Assembly: GCA_021818905.1 (NCBI GenBank)
Contig: JAKASS010000002.1
Location: 24,142-88,141, forward strand
Source: Nanobdellota archaeon
Lineage (GTDB): Archaea > Nanobdellota > Nanobdellia > Parvarchaeales > Parvarchaeaceae
Direction of reading: 5' to 3'
DNA length: 64,000 bases
Below the pieces are notes generated by a model, which was not told the DNA's origin, made no database searches, and was given only the letters and a program-made list of their open reading frames with translations. Of the stretch, positions 1-10,670 are shown piece by piece (the stretch's first letter is position 1; each line of letters begins with the position of its first letter). The translations under genes and the position numbers were made by a program.

Positions 1-191
1 ATTTTGCGAAGCGCCTTTTAGAAACAATCTAAATCTTTGTTCTTGTTCATCTAAGCCATATAGTTTCTTACCAGCGTCGCTGAATCGCAACCTTGATTCA
101 AGAGTTCTCTGTGCTGAATTGAACAAAACTGAATTATGTTCTTCGGCATACCTCATGAATTCATCTAAAGACATCCTTGTTTTCAAACTCA
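1..191 (-). CDS. hypothetical protein, N-terminal part only (gene continues beyond window start)
   Basis: Minus-strand ATG at 191 opens frame MSLKTRMSLDEFMRYAEEHNSVLF... running off the window edge; not in ORF track because it is truncated. Confidence 0.3.
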
Positions 192-367
192 TACCTTTAC
201 AACCTCCACACTTTTACTATCCACCCAATTTTACTAATATTTCTAATCTCTATCCATTTAAATATGTTTCTTTATAAAAATTTCTAAAATTATAGTAAGA
301 AAATTGCAATTTTTACAACTTAATCTGCATTTAAACTTTTATTTAAGTAGAAAGTAGCAAAAATTAT

Positions 368-811
368 TTATAAATCTAACCGCATTTCTACTTCTCCAGT
401 TTTAACGAAATCGCATTTTTCATAGAACGGAATATTATCTTGAGAACAATTTAATATTATCTTATAACACTTGATTTTCTTTGCTTCTGACACTAAATAA
501 TTTACAAGGTCTTTTCCTACCCCTATTCCACGGTGATTGCTATCAGTCACAACATTTTCTATATGTGCGTAAGGTCTACCGCCATGAGAAAGATTAAGCT
601 GGATAAGCAATGTTGCGCTACCTACTATCTTACCTGCATATTCGTAAACGGCTACGCGATAGTCTTTATTCTTTAGCATCACTTTTAGAGTGTCTTTCAA
701 CGCTGACTTCGGCACTTTTTCGTCTTCTTCTTTCTTAGGGCTAAGCTGATATATTACAGATAACAGCTCTTCAATATCAGAGAGTTCTGCTAGTCTAACG
801 TTTCGTTGCAT
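368..811 (-). CDS. GNAT-family N-acetyltransferase
   Basis: 147 aa; acetyl-CoA binding motif region HRGIGVGKDLVNYLVSEAKK typical of GNAT fold; immediately downstream of sugar nucleotidyltransferase and phosphohexomutase. Confidence 0.7.
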   Translation of the reverse strand: MQRNVRLAELSDIEELLSVIYQLSPKKEEDEKVPKSALKDTLKVMLKNKDYRVAVYEYAGKIVGSATLLIQLNLSHGGRPYAHIENVVTDSNHRGIGVGKDLVNYLVSEAKKIKCYKIILNCSQDNIPFYEKCDFVKTGEVEMRLDL

Positions 812-834
812 AAATTTATTAGTGACGGAATATC

Positions 835-1548
835 TTATTTAAGTCTTTTTATCTTAACGATTAGTGTTTCTGCTTCTCTCAATTGCTCTGGCGTGTTTAT
901 TCCGAACCAAAAAGAAAGTTTTCTTTCGATGAATCGAAAGCCTCTCTCACCTAGCACTTTTACTGCGTGTGTAAGGAACTTTTCGCCGCTATTTTTATCA
1001 ACTGGTATGTCTTTATATATGTCGAAAAATGCCTTTGGCATTATGTAACTACCTGTATTTGCTACGCCAACGCCACTTCTTTGTTTTTCTAATATTTCGT
1101 TTACGTAACCATATTTATCCGTTATAAGGACACCATAGTTACTTACATCGGTGACCTCAAAGCCAAAAACCGTTGGCGTATTATCATCTTTTAGTCCATC
1201 CCAATCCATGTCGTACAAATCATCTCCCATTAGTACTAGAAAAAAATCATCAGTTATGTAATCCCTAGCTGCGAACAGGGCCGCAGCTGTTCCTTTATCA
1301 TCGCCTTGTGTGCAGTATACTATATTATATTTGCTAAGTTTTTCCAAAAATTTTCCTTTATCTTTATTGTTTACAACTATTATTATCTTAAAATCAGATT
1401 TGATTAGTTTCTCTATCTTACGCTCTATTATTGATTTTCCATTTAGTTCGAGAAGCGGCTTGGGGGTTGTTAAAAGCACGTGGTCTGAAGTGTTTCTTCT
1501 CATGCGTTTTCCTTCGCCTGCCGCTAGTATAACGACTTCTCTAACCAT
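835..1548 (-). CDS. sugar-1-phosphate nucleotidyltransferase (GlmU N-terminal-domain-like)
   Basis: 237 aa; N-terminal LAAGEGKRM nucleotide-binding signature of NTP-transferase family; overlaps upstream mutase gene by 8 nt (operon). Confidence 0.75.
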   Translation of the reverse strand: MVREVVILAAGEGKRMRRNTSDHVLLTTPKPLLELNGKSIIERKIEKLIKSDFKIIIVVNNKDKGKFLEKLSKYNIVYCTQGDDKGTAAALFAARDYITDDFFLVLMGDDLYDMDWDGLKDDNTPTVFGFEVTDVSNYGVLITDKYGYVNEILEKQRSGVGVANTGSYIMPKAFFDIYKDIPVDKNSGEKFLTHAVKVLGERGFRFIERKLSFWFGINTPEQLREAETLIVKIKRLK

Positions 1549-2941
1549 TCTCTATTTCCCCCATGACAAATTTTTGTCCAATCGCAAGGAAAGAATCGCA
1601 AGCTTCCTTTGTCTTGCCTTCTGAATTTATTTTTATTACCGGGGCCGTATTCGACGCCCTTATCAGCACTCTACCCGTTTCGTTGTAAAGCAGTATTCCG
1701 TCCATATATATGCTTTTATAAGAAGTTAATCTCGACTTTTTCTTTATCTTTTCTATTATTTTGAACTTTATAGAATCATCACATTTTATTTCTACTACGC
1801 CACTTGTGAAGTATGATGGGGTCATATCCACAAGCTCGGATAATTTTTTGCCTGACCATGACAATGCTTCGAGTATCTTAAGGCTGCCGAATATGGCGTC
1901 ATCCGCACAATTGACTTCTGGAAAGGCCGTATGACCCGAATACTGCCCACCAAACAACGCGCCTTGTCTTAGAACTTCATAAGCGCAATAACTGTGACCT
2001 ACTCGCACTATAACTGGTTCTCCACCTATCTTTTTTATATAGTCTCCCACCGCAGAAGAGCAGGTTATATCGTATACTATTTTCTTACCGGGGTTCTGAG
2101 ACAGCATATAAGCTGCTAGAAGAGGAATAGTTATGTTCCCAGAGGCGAATATACGCCCAGTTTCGTCTACGAATGCTACTCTGTCCCCGTCACAATCATA
2201 CCCTATGCCGATGTCTGCTTTTTCTTCAAGTACTTTTTTCTTTAGACCCTGCAACGATTCTTCGGAGGGTTCTGAAGCTCGGTTCGGAAAGGTTCCATCT
2301 AGCTCTTTATTTATGAACTTAGCGTCCTGTTTTAGCTTGACTGAAACCTTCGGGACTACGATAGAAGTAACACTATTTCCAAAATCAAAAACTACCCTGA
2401 ACTTTGATCTAAGCGTTATCTTAGAAGAAACAAACTCTACATAGTCTTTTACTATGTCGTCTTCTGATATGCTGCCCTTATGGGCAGGGGCGTTAAAGTT
2501 TCCGCTAAAGAAAATCTTTTTTACATTTTCCAAACCAGTTCCATCAGACAATGTTATTCCTGTCTTGTCTGCAAGTTTAAAACCATTCCATTCCGGGGGC
2601 AAGTGTGATGCAGTAATCATTATCCCCCCCGCAAGCCCTCTAAACCATGTACCAAAGTAAAGTAACGGTGTCGGCACCAGGCCGAAATCTATAACATTGC
2701 AACCGGACGCAATCAGTCCCTTCAGAAGAGCTTTGTGAAGCGACGGGCTACTAAGTCTTACGTCTCTTCCTACTCCAACTTTATTTCCTGCGCCTAGAAA
2801 AGTACCAAAAGCAAGACCTACCCTCTCCGCGATATCCTCATTCAAATCTTTACCGTAAATCCCGCGTACGTCATAAGCCCGGAATGTGTTTATAACTTCA
2901 GTAGAATTTATATCCAGTTTCGACTTATTATGTGCCGGCAT
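1541..2941 (-). CDS. glmM: phosphohexomutase (phosphoglucosamine mutase / phosphomannomutase family)
   Basis: 466 aa; catalytic phosphoserine loop GGIMITASHLPPEWNGFK (TASHNP-type), metal-binding DCDGDR motif. Confidence 0.8.
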   Translation of the reverse strand: MPAHNKSKLDINSTEVINTFRAYDVRGIYGKDLNEDIAERVGLAFGTFLGAGNKVGVGRDVRLSSPSLHKALLKGLIASGCNVIDFGLVPTPLLYFGTWFRGLAGGIMITASHLPPEWNGFKLADKTGITLSDGTGLENVKKIFFSGNFNAPAHKGSISEDDIVKDYVEFVSSKITLRSKFRVVFDFGNSVTSIVVPKVSVKLKQDAKFINKELDGTFPNRASEPSEESLQGLKKKVLEEKADIGIGYDCDGDRVAFVDETGRIFASGNITIPLLAAYMLSQNPGKKIVYDITCSSAVGDYIKKIGGEPVIVRVGHSYCAYEVLRQGALFGGQYSGHTAFPEVNCADDAIFGSLKILEALSWSGKKLSELVDMTPSYFTSGVVEIKCDDSIKFKIIEKIKKKSRLTSYKSIYMDGILLYNETGRVLIRASNTAPVIKINSEGKTKEACDSFLAIGQKFVMGEIENG

Positions 2942-2974
2942 AGTTTATACCAAGATAATTAATCTATTAAAACC

Positions 2975-4050
2975 TTAGTTCTTAACAGAAATTACTTTTA
3001 ATCGGAAACCTTCTGCATAATCCTCTGGCGGGAGGGTGTTAACAAAGACATTTTGACCTAGCTCTACTCCTGCTAAGTTTAATATCCTGGGATAAATTTC
3101 TAGATGCATATGTAATTTTGGTGAATATTTTGTATCATGAAAAGAAAAGTTGTAGGCTATATCACCGAACATCTCTTTATTTGTCTTAAGAACCAACTTT
3201 AGTATATCTGCTAGGTCCCCCCTCTCTTTTTTGTTTGTATCCCCAAGATAAGTTATGTGCCTTTTTGGCAAAACCATGGATTCGCCGGCAAACCTAGATG
3301 CGAATGGTGCTATTGCTACGAAGCTGTCGTTTTCTGTTAGAACTCTACCTCTCTCTATTTCGGTTTTTAGAGCATCTTCATAAATACACGAGCCATGTTT
3401 CTTTGTATATCTGCTCGCTGCTCGTGCTTCTTTCTCTATCGTCCCTGTAAACACCGGCCAAGCCATTATCTGTGTATGCGCATGTTCTAAGCTCGCACCT
3501 CCTCTACTACCGTAATTTCTGTATATCTGTACATATTTGATATTTTTCTGCTGTAAAGCTCATTTCCACGTGATATCAGAACATCGAGCCACATAGTTAG
3601 TCGATTTAAATTTAAATCTTCCAAAACATCTGTGTGGCACGGGCTATCTACCACAATCTCATTATAACCGTATCCCCCTATCGATGCAAACAATCCATTT
3701 TGTCCGACATTATGTAGAATATTTGAATTCTTTGTAAGAGATGGGAATTTGTTCTCTATAACTCTTATTTCCCAAGGTTCTCTAGCTCTAAACACTTCAA
3801 CGTTTAAATCCTCTTTTCCGGGCTCAAAAACGCACTTTGCGATCCTAGACTCTAACTCTGAACTTCTGTCAAACGCATCTGATTTATTTTTGTATTCTTC
3901 TGTCGTTATAGAAGCTAGATATTGCTTTCCTCTAAGTCGAGATATTATAGTCTTATAGCCGTTTCTGTAATCTGTTCTTATTTCGCTAGGGTTGTCATTT
4001 GCTGAGTTATTAGATAAAACTAACTCCAGCATATTTGGTTTTTTAGGCAT
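2975..4050 (-). pseudogene. galT: galactose-1-phosphate uridylyltransferase-like (HIT superfamily, class I GalT) split by a frameshift
   Basis: N-part ORF 3487..4050 and C-part ORF 2975..3466 are in different frames; C-part frame opens upstream to ~3559 and encodes ...KYVQIYRNYGSRGGASLEHAHTQIMAWPV (HxHxQ active-site motif) and FVAIAPFASRF / LHMHLEIYP GalT C-half motifs; frames switch at an A5 run (plus 3543..3547). Confidence 0.6.
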
Positions 4051-4140
4051 GTTTAGGCCAAGAATGGTCCCTGTATAAATACCTTAAAAACTCACAAGAT
4101 ACCTAAATAACTATAACGATTAATCCTGACAGGAATAAAA

Positions 4141-4213
4141 CGCCCCAAGCGAGATTCGGACTCGCGTCAATGCCGTGACAGGGCACTATCCTAGACCGCT
4201 AGACTATTGGGGC
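4141..4213 (-). tRNA. tRNA-Asp (anticodon GTC)
   Basis: Minus-strand cloverleaf: 7-bp acceptor GCCCCAA/TTGGGGC, anticodon loop CTGTCAC, T-arm GCGAG-TCCGAAT-CTCGC, discriminator G73; local GC-rich island in AT-rich spacer; T-loop has atypical C55. Confidence 0.65.
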
Positions 4214-4279
4214 TTAATTTTTATATGAAGCCATTTATTTTAATAGCTTTTCTCTTCCTACGAACCTAGTTTTTCAAAA

Positions 4280-5647
4280 TCATTTTATATTCAGTATAAG
4301 AGAATTTGATTTCTTTTTGTAAGATTTACCTTCCGCCGAATTAAACGAGCAGCTTGCCGAGCGTAGACCTATGCTTCCAACTATTCCTAACTTACTCTTT
4401 ATTTCGTACATAAGTAAAATTTCGTCGTTTGGCTGCAGCTCTACCTCTCTCCAAGTTATACTCAAGCCATTATCTGACCTCCCTATCTTTCCTTCTTTTG
4501 GCCCTATAGATGAAACTTTTAATGCGTGGGCGGGAACATAGTCTACGATAACTAAGTCTTTAAGTACTTTCTTCGAAACATTTCTTATTTTTAATGCGAT
4601 TTTCACATCGACAAAGCCGCCTACCACTTTATGCTCTACTACTTCTTTAGAGATTACAAGTTTACGATTAAGATAAAAGAATGTAAATATAGCTATTATG
4701 ATTATTGCAACTATAAGATAAATTGGCAGATAAGAAACGGTATAAGAAATCGTAACTGACTGGCCGGGGGCAAGGGAAGCAACCGTCGCTGTTTTAGATA
4801 TTATGAATGCCGAGTTAAACTGGCTTACCGAAAGAGAAAAATTACCAGCTGAAAGATTCTCGTTGCCTGTATTTACTACAGTTACAGAATAAGTGCCGCC
4901 AAATAAATTAATATTATTAGAAGAAACTTTTGAAAGCGAAACATACGGCAAAATTTCGATGACGGTATAATTTACCGCTTTTTCTTCCGTTCCATAGTTT
5001 GTTGAAATAGACAGATTGTAAGTTCCTGGGGCGAGATTCCTGTTTAATGGCAAAGAAAAGGAAAATTGATCTAACCCGAGCGTAGACAAAGTTACTTGGC
5101 TTGAAGAGGCGACAACTTTCTGATTATTAGAATTATTAAGTTCATAAGATAATGTAACATTTGCACCCTGCCCTAAAATATTTTGTAGACTTACATTGAA
5201 ATTTAATGGTTCCACAGGTTTCATTGATGCTGGCGCAGAAATCTTATAGATAAGATCGTATACCGGAACAATGGGCGCAAAGAAATTAAAGTAACTTGAT
5301 ACATTGTTTTCAGTGTAATATACATTAATTGTAACTGGATAAGAGGATATATCGCCATTTGGCACAAATGAAAACAGAACATTCTCCGATTCTCCCGAAG
5401 CTAGGACAAAAGATAGTGGTTTTATACCGATGCTTAAAAAATAGCCTTCATTTTCTATTTTCGTAAGCCCAACATCGAATGAAATGTTTTCAGAATAAGT
5501 TTGATTATTATAAAAACCTATATTAAAAAATGAGTTTGAGTTACTCGGGATGGTAATCGGTTGACCTGACACAGGCTGTAATGCACTTACTGTACCTACC
5601 GAGAGTAATAACAATGAAAGGAATATCGCAATTCCAATTTTTCTCAT
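4280..5647 (-). CDS. type I membrane surface protein, probably N-glycosylated
   Basis: 455 aa; N-terminal signal peptide (MRKIGIAIFLSLLLLSVGTVSA), S/T/N-rich ectodomain with many N-x-S/T sequons, single C-terminal TM (LIVAIIIIAIFTFFYL) plus ~140 aa cytoplasmic tail. Confidence 0.5.
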   Translation of the reverse strand: MRKIGIAIFLSLLLLSVGTVSALQPVSGQPITIPSNSNSFFNIGFYNNQTYSENISFDVGLTKIENEGYFLSIGIKPLSFVLASGESENVLFSFVPNGDISSYPVTINVYYTENNVSSYFNFFAPIVPVYDLIYKISAPASMKPVEPLNFNVSLQNILGQGANVTLSYELNNSNNQKVVASSSQVTLSTLGLDQFSFSLPLNRNLAPGTYNLSISTNYGTEEKAVNYTVIEILPYVSLSKVSSNNINLFGGTYSVTVVNTGNENLSAGNFSLSVSQFNSAFIISKTATVASLAPGQSVTISYTVSYLPIYLIVAIIIIAIFTFFYLNRKLVISKEVVEHKVVGGFVDVKIALKIRNVSKKVLKDLVIVDYVPAHALKVSSIGPKEGKIGRSDNGLSITWREVELQPNDEILLMYEIKSKLGIVGSIGLRSASCSFNSAEGKSYKKKSNSLILNIK

Positions 5648-5717
5648 AAATTACTAATAAAATTGAGATATTTAAGCATTAGCAGACATAAAGCCAGCTA
5701 ACGATGAGAATGCATTT

Positions 5718-6869
5718 CTAAGCTTTTAGAAGACTATAATAAAGATGCAAAATCTTGTCTACAGAGGTTTTTACAGAAAACATTTCAGCTACCTTATAAG
5801 TTGAATATCTCCTACAGTTTTCAAATATCTTAATCGCCTTTTTTACCATGTCTTTTTTGCTTCGTCTATCAAAGACCTCTCCACATCTCCCATGTAAAAG
5901 AAACTCTGCTTGTGCCGAATGATCCGGTACCAGTATAGGTAATCCTCTAGCCATAGCTTCTATATCTACCAAACTTAATGTTTCAAAAAGCGACGGGTTA
6001 CAAAAAACATCCGCGGCGCCATAATAATATTTAATAAGGTCCTCTGGGATAAAACCGGGAAAACTTACATTTTTTAAATTCAATTTAGTGGCCATCGCAA
6101 CACATTTTTCTAAGTACGGCCCACCGCCGGCTATTATTATTCTAAAATCCTTCTTTTCAAATAATTTAGCAGCTTTTATAAGAAATTTTAAATTCTTTTC
6201 CGGGCTGACTCTACCAAAATATAACAAGATTTTTTCATAATTTTTAATCCCCAGCTTTTTCCTAGCTTCGAATCTAGAAACCTTCTTTATTTTATTTAGG
6301 CATATCCCAGACGGTATAACTTCTATAAAATTTTTAAGATGCAATTTTTCTTTTATTAATCTTTTTACATATTGTGACGGCGCAATTATAGCGTCGCTTT
6401 TTCTATAAATCCAACGAAGATACCTCATCAAAAGCAACCTCTCAAAAATTCGAAGGAATTTATTCTTTGGGAGGTAGCTAGAAAGCACTTCTTCTGAAAA
6501 TACTAAGGTGTGGAGTGTGCTTACTAATTTTGCATCTGTAAATTTTTGATGCCTCTGCGCTAAAAACCCCATACTAAATGGTGTGTGGAAGTGTAGTATA
6601 TCTGGTCTTAACTTTTGTATATTTATCTGGAATTCAGGTCTCATTGCTATTGTATATTGAGGATAACTCCTAAAGTGCACCCCCCCCATAACCACAAGGT
6701 GCTTATCTTTTTTCTGAAGCATTTTAGTCTCTTTAGTTCCGGCGGTGAATACATAAACTTCGTGCCCCCGCCTCTCTAACTCTTTTCTCGTGTTTAAAAT
6801 AGAAGTTACTACACCATCAACTGAAGGAAGATAAGAATCCGTATAAAATACTATCCTTAGTTTTTTCAT
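5718..6869 (-). CDS. GT4-family glycosyltransferase
   Basis: 383 aa; GT-B fold with conserved C-terminal E..ALEAMARGLPIL region; N-terminus FYTDSYLPSVDGV; paralog of 20431..21612. Confidence 0.8.
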   Translation of the reverse strand: MKKLRIVFYTDSYLPSVDGVVTSILNTRKELERRGHEVYVFTAGTKETKMLQKKDKHLVVMGGVHFRSYPQYTIAMRPEFQINIQKLRPDILHFHTPFSMGFLAQRHQKFTDAKLVSTLHTLVFSEEVLSSYLPKNKFLRIFERLLLMRYLRWIYRKSDAIIAPSQYVKRLIKEKLHLKNFIEVIPSGICLNKIKKVSRFEARKKLGIKNYEKILLYFGRVSPEKNLKFLIKAAKLFEKKDFRIIIAGGGPYLEKCVAMATKLNLKNVSFPGFIPEDLIKYYYGAADVFCNPSLFETLSLVDIEAMARGLPILVPDHSAQAEFLLHGRCGEVFDRRSKKDMVKKAIKIFENCRRYSTYKVAEMFSVKTSVDKILHLYYSLLKA

Positions 6870-6891
6870 ATTTGTATTTTAAAGACTTGTA

Positions 6892-7899
6892 CTATTTAAT
6901 TGCGGATACGAATGGCTCTTTACGCTTTCCTAATATACGATCAATCTCTTTAAGTTCTTCTTCATTTATATCTGTAGGTATCTCTGGCACTACATTTAGT
7001 ATAATATCTCCTCTTCGCCCTTGCTTATCAAATATACCTCTTCCCTTTACTACGACTCTATTCTCTCCTTTTTTTAATAATATTTTTTCTTTACCTTCCG
7101 GGGTATCTAAGTCAAAAGCCTTTCCGTTTATTATATCTCTCACATCTACATGCAATCTAGATATTAAGTTTAAACCATCTATGTCAAACTTATCGTCTCC
7201 TTCTAAATGGAAAACGACGTATAAATCTCCGTTACTGCCACGGGCACCGCTTTCACCTTTGCCGCGGATAATCATATAAGTTCCTTCTGATATGGTCTTT
7301 CTTATAGGAATGCGGATAGTTTCTTTCCTGTATATGTATCCATATCCCTTACAAACCTCGCATTTTTTGTCGATTATAAATCCTAAACCTCCGCAGCTAT
7401 TACAATCCGACATCATTATAAATGTCGACCCGAAATCTCTGGATGTTTGTCTTATTTTCCCGCTGCCTTTACATCTCTGACAAGCGCGTTTCTCTTTAGC
7501 CCCACTTCCTTTGCAGGCATCGCATTTTGATTTATTCTTTACTTCTATCTCTTTAAAGTCCTTATTAAAAAGGTCATAAACGCTTAAATTTAAATCGACT
7601 CTTAAATCTTCACCTTTAGAATGAAAAAATAAATCATTGAATATGTTAGTAAATCCTCTAAAACCGAATATGTCTTCATTTTCGAACTCTTCGAATTGTG
7701 TTTTCTCGTTCCCTGCGCGTCCCTTATTGGTTAAAGTCCTGTATGCCTCATTTATTTCTTTGAATTTTTCCTCTGCAGCTTTGTTACCTGGATTTAAATC
7801 AGGGTGGTATTTCTTCGCAAGCGCCTTAAAAGCCTTTTTTATGTCTTCGTCAGCAGCATCCCTAGCCAAGCCCAATACTTCATAAGGGTCTCTGCTCAT
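6892..7899 (-). CDS. dnaJ: chaperone DnaJ (Hsp40)
   Basis: 335 aa; J-domain with HPD (KKYHPDLNP), four CxxCxGxG zinc-finger repeats. Confidence 0.9.
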   Translation of the reverse strand: MSRDPYEVLGLARDAADEDIKKAFKALAKKYHPDLNPGNKAAEEKFKEINEAYRTLTNKGRAGNEKTQFEEFENEDIFGFRGFTNIFNDLFFHSKGEDLRVDLNLSVYDLFNKDFKEIEVKNKSKCDACKGSGAKEKRACQRCKGSGKIRQTSRDFGSTFIMMSDCNSCGGLGFIIDKKCEVCKGYGYIYRKETIRIPIRKTISEGTYMIIRGKGESGARGSNGDLYVVFHLEGDDKFDIDGLNLISRLHVDVRDIINGKAFDLDTPEGKEKILLKKGENRVVVKGRGIFDKQGRRGDIILNVVPEIPTDINEEELKEIDRILGKRKEPFVSAIK

Positions 7900-7937
7900 A
7901 TTTTTAGATTATTTTCGGCTTAGTTTATATACTAAGA

Positions 7938-9740
7938 TTATTCTCGTTTCCCGGAATCGGGATCTTGTTCCCCTGATTTATCTTGCTTCGTAGATTTGTA
8001 GAGCTCAGTTCCTATTTTATTCATTAATTGAGTAAGTTTCTCTTTATCTTCAGTTATTAAATTTAAATCGTCTTTATTTATATCCTCTTTGGCCCTCGCT
8101 ATAGTTTCCTCTGCCTCTTTTCTGTCATTTTCACTTATCTTGTCTTTAAGCTCATTTATCGTCTTTTCTAGCGAATATGCTAAAGAGGAAACTTCATTCT
8201 TTTGTTCTATGCTCTCCCTTCTTTTTTTATCTTCTTCCTCATTTTCTTTTGCATCTTTCATCATTTTATTTATCTGGTCTTTCGAAAGCTTATTGGGGGC
8301 GGTTATAGTTATTTTTTGTACTTTGCCTGTAGCTAAATCCTTGGCTGAAACGTTTAAAATCCCATTTGCATCTATATCAAAAGTAACTTCTATTTGAGGT
8401 ATACCTCTCGGGGCAGGCGGTATCCCTTCTAGATTAAAAGTACCTAAACTTATATTATCCTTAGCCATCGGTCTCTCACCTTGTAAAACGTTTATGGTTA
8501 CTGTTGTTTGATAATCATCTGCTGTTGAAAACGTCTTACTAGTTTTTATTGGGATTGTAGTATTTCTTTCGATAACGGGAGTTGCAATGCCACCCATCGT
8601 TTCTATACTAAGGGTAAGTGGGGTTACGTCGAGTAAAACTATATCTTTTATATCTCCAGAAAGAACTGCGCCTTGTATGGCTGCACCAAGAGCCACAGCT
8701 TCCATCGGGTCTACACTGTGCTCTAGCTTGTCACCAAATATGTTTGATAAGAATTTTTGTACTATTGGCATCCTTGTTGGACCCCCAACTAGTATGATTT
8801 TTGATATACTTTCTTTTGGAATTCCCGCATCTTTAAACACATTTTCTATCGGCTGTCTTGATCTTTCTATTATCGGCTCTATCAGGTTTTCAAACGTCGC
8901 TCTAGATATCTCCATCTCAAGGTTTCTCGGGCCTTCATTTGTTACAGTTATGTATGGCAAATTTATATCGGTCTGTATAACGGTAGAAAGTTCTATCTTT
9001 GCTTTTTCTGCAGCGTCCTTTATTCTCTGGTACGCTACTTTATCCTTCTTTAAATCCAAGTTCTCCTTCGATTTAAAATCATTTATTATATAATCAATCA
9101 ATGCATTATCCATATCAACGCCGCCTAATTGGACGTCCCCCGACGTTGCAAGGACTTCAAATGTCCCGTTACTTATTTCCATTAAGGTAACGTCCAAAGT
9201 TCCGCCACCGAGGTCGTAAACAAGTATCTTTAAGTCTTTTGATTTATCGAGCCCATACGCCATTGCAGCTGCGGTAGGTTCGTTTATTATCCTAACTACT
9301 TCTAAGCCAGCTATCGCCCCCGCATCCTTAGTTGCTTGTCGTTGATTATCATTAAAATATGCTGGAACCGTTATAACGACTTTATTTACTTTTGCCCCTA
9401 GAAATCCTTCTGCATCTCGTTTTATTTTCTGTAATATAAAGGCTGATATTTGTTGAGGTGTGTATTTTTTACCATTTAAAGTATAAACAAAATCTGTACC
9501 CATCTTTCTCTTCGCAGCAAAGACGGTGTTTTCCGGGTTAGATACTGCCTGTCTTCTTGCTGGCTCGCCGACTAGTAGTTCATCGTTCTTTGTAAATGCG
9601 ACAACTGAAGGAAACATTTTCCCTGCAACAGTTGCTCCTTCTGCGCTTGGTATTATTGTAGGTTTCCCCGCGATAACTACCGCCGCTTGTGAGTTTGATG
9701 TTCCTAAATCGACGCCTATTATTTTTTCTTTTTCTGTCAT
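7938..9740 (-). CDS. dnaK: chaperone DnaK (Hsp70)
   Basis: 600 aa; Hsp70 signatures [29 protein letters not shown]. Confidence 0.95.
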   Translation of the reverse strand: MTEKEKIIGVDLGTSNSQAAVVIAGKPTIIPSAEGATVAGKMFPSVVAFTKNDELLVGEPARRQAVSNPENTVFAAKRKMGTDFVYTLNGKKYTPQQISAFILQKIKRDAEGFLGAKVNKVVITVPAYFNDNQRQATKDAGAIAGLEVVRIINEPTAAAMAYGLDKSKDLKILVYDLGGGTLDVTLMEISNGTFEVLATSGDVQLGGVDMDNALIDYIINDFKSKENLDLKKDKVAYQRIKDAAEKAKIELSTVIQTDINLPYITVTNEGPRNLEMEISRATFENLIEPIIERSRQPIENVFKDAGIPKESISKIILVGGPTRMPIVQKFLSNIFGDKLEHSVDPMEAVALGAAIQGAVLSGDIKDIVLLDVTPLTLSIETMGGIATPVIERNTTIPIKTSKTFSTADDYQTTVTINVLQGERPMAKDNISLGTFNLEGIPPAPRGIPQIEVTFDIDANGILNVSAKDLATGKVQKITITAPNKLSKDQINKMMKDAKENEEEDKKRRESIEQKNEVSSLAYSLEKTINELKDKISENDRKEAEETIARAKEDINKDDLNLITEDKEKLTQLMNKIGTELYKSTKQDKSGEQDPDSGKRE

Positions 9741-10168
9741 ATAGATATCTTAACCTTTGGATATCTTATTATTTTCCCATTTAAGATATATCCAGCTTGT
9801 AATTCTTCGACTATTTTTCCACTTTTATCATCAACCTTCTCAGTCAGTATGGCTTCTGCTAGCTGTGGAGAGTATTCTTTGCCTATCACCTCCATTTTTT
9901 CTAGGCCATACAAGCTCAAAACCAATTTCAAAGACTTAGAAAGAGTTAATACCTTTTCGTCGTTGTCATTTTTTAATACGCTTTCGAAATCGTCCAGCAC
10001 TTTGAGCATATCAACTATTAATCTTTCATTTGCATTTTTGTATTGCTCTGCTAGTTCCCTCTCCTGGGTTTTTCTGTAGTTCTCTACTTCTGCAAGTAAG
10101 TATAAATACTTAGACTTGTAATCTTCTTCAGGCCGTTCTTCTCCCTTAGCGTCATTTTCTTTTACCAT
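9737..10168 (-). CDS. grpE: nucleotide exchange factor GrpE
   Basis: 143 aa; coiled-coil N-part and GrpE-like C-part; 4-nt overlap with dnaK start, giving grpE-dnaK-dnaJ operon order. Confidence 0.8.
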   Translation of the reverse strand: MVKENDAKGEERPEEDYKSKYLYLLAEVENYRKTQERELAEQYKNANERLIVDMLKVLDDFESVLKNDNDEKVLTLSKSLKLVLSLYGLEKMEVIGKEYSPQLAEAILTEKVDDKSGKIVEELQAGYILNGKIIRYPKVKISI

Positions 10169-10232
10169 AAAGGCTATGTTAAGATATTATTCTCAGATTA
10201 TAAACATTTATAAGCATTTTTATGGCTGGTAG

Positions 10233-10670
10233 CTATTTCTTTTTCTTTTCGTGCTTTGGTTCTTCCTGTGCATTGGAAGGAGAAACTTTTGGTAGTGGGA
10301 TTACAGATGGTAACTGTAGCATTTTTGATAAGGATATTGCTTCTAATGTACTAATGTTTAAGCCTGCCTGGAGAACCTCTATATTTACGGATTCATCGCG
10401 CTTCTTAGGGTCTTGCCAATTTTCATATATCTCTTCAAGATTTTCTCCAGTGTAAACTACAAAGCCTTGTATCAATATCCTACCAAGTTCGTCCGAGCCA
10501 TTTCCATTAAACACAGCATCAAATTTGAAGTCAAATTTTAATAACTTTGCATTTTCAACTTTTTCCACATTTTCTATACTTATTTTGGTCGATATACTCA
10601 TCTGGGTTTCTGGAGAAATCATTTTTTCGCGCTTTGCATTAACACTTGTTATAAGATAGTTTATAATCAT
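10233..10670 (-). CDS. hypothetical protein with poly-Lys C-terminus
   Basis: 145 aa ORF, divergent from the glucosidase gene across an AT-rich promoter region; no recognisable motif. Confidence 0.35.
   Translation of the reverse strand: MIINYLITSVNAKREKMISPETQMSISTKISIENVEKVENAKLLKFDFKFDAVFNGNGSDELGRILIQGFVVYTGENLEEIYENWQDPKKRDESVNIEVLQAGLNISTLEAISLSKMLQLPSVIPLPKVSPSNAQEEPKHEKKKK

Noticed and set aside
806-1624. Plus-strand ORFs 806..1048 and 1310..1624 inside the GNAT and nucleotidyltransferase genes
   Set aside because: Antisense shadow frames within strongly supported minus-strand genes; low-complexity translations
4051-4140. H/ACA or SRP RNA in the galT-surface protein spacer
   Set aside because: The GC-rich part folds convincingly as a tRNA-Asp on the minus strand instead; remaining spacer is AT-rich
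8089-9744. Plus-strand ORFs (102, 168, 72 aa) across the dnaK locus
   Set aside because: Antisense to Hsp70, Ser/Phe-rich low-complexity translations typical of shadow ORFs
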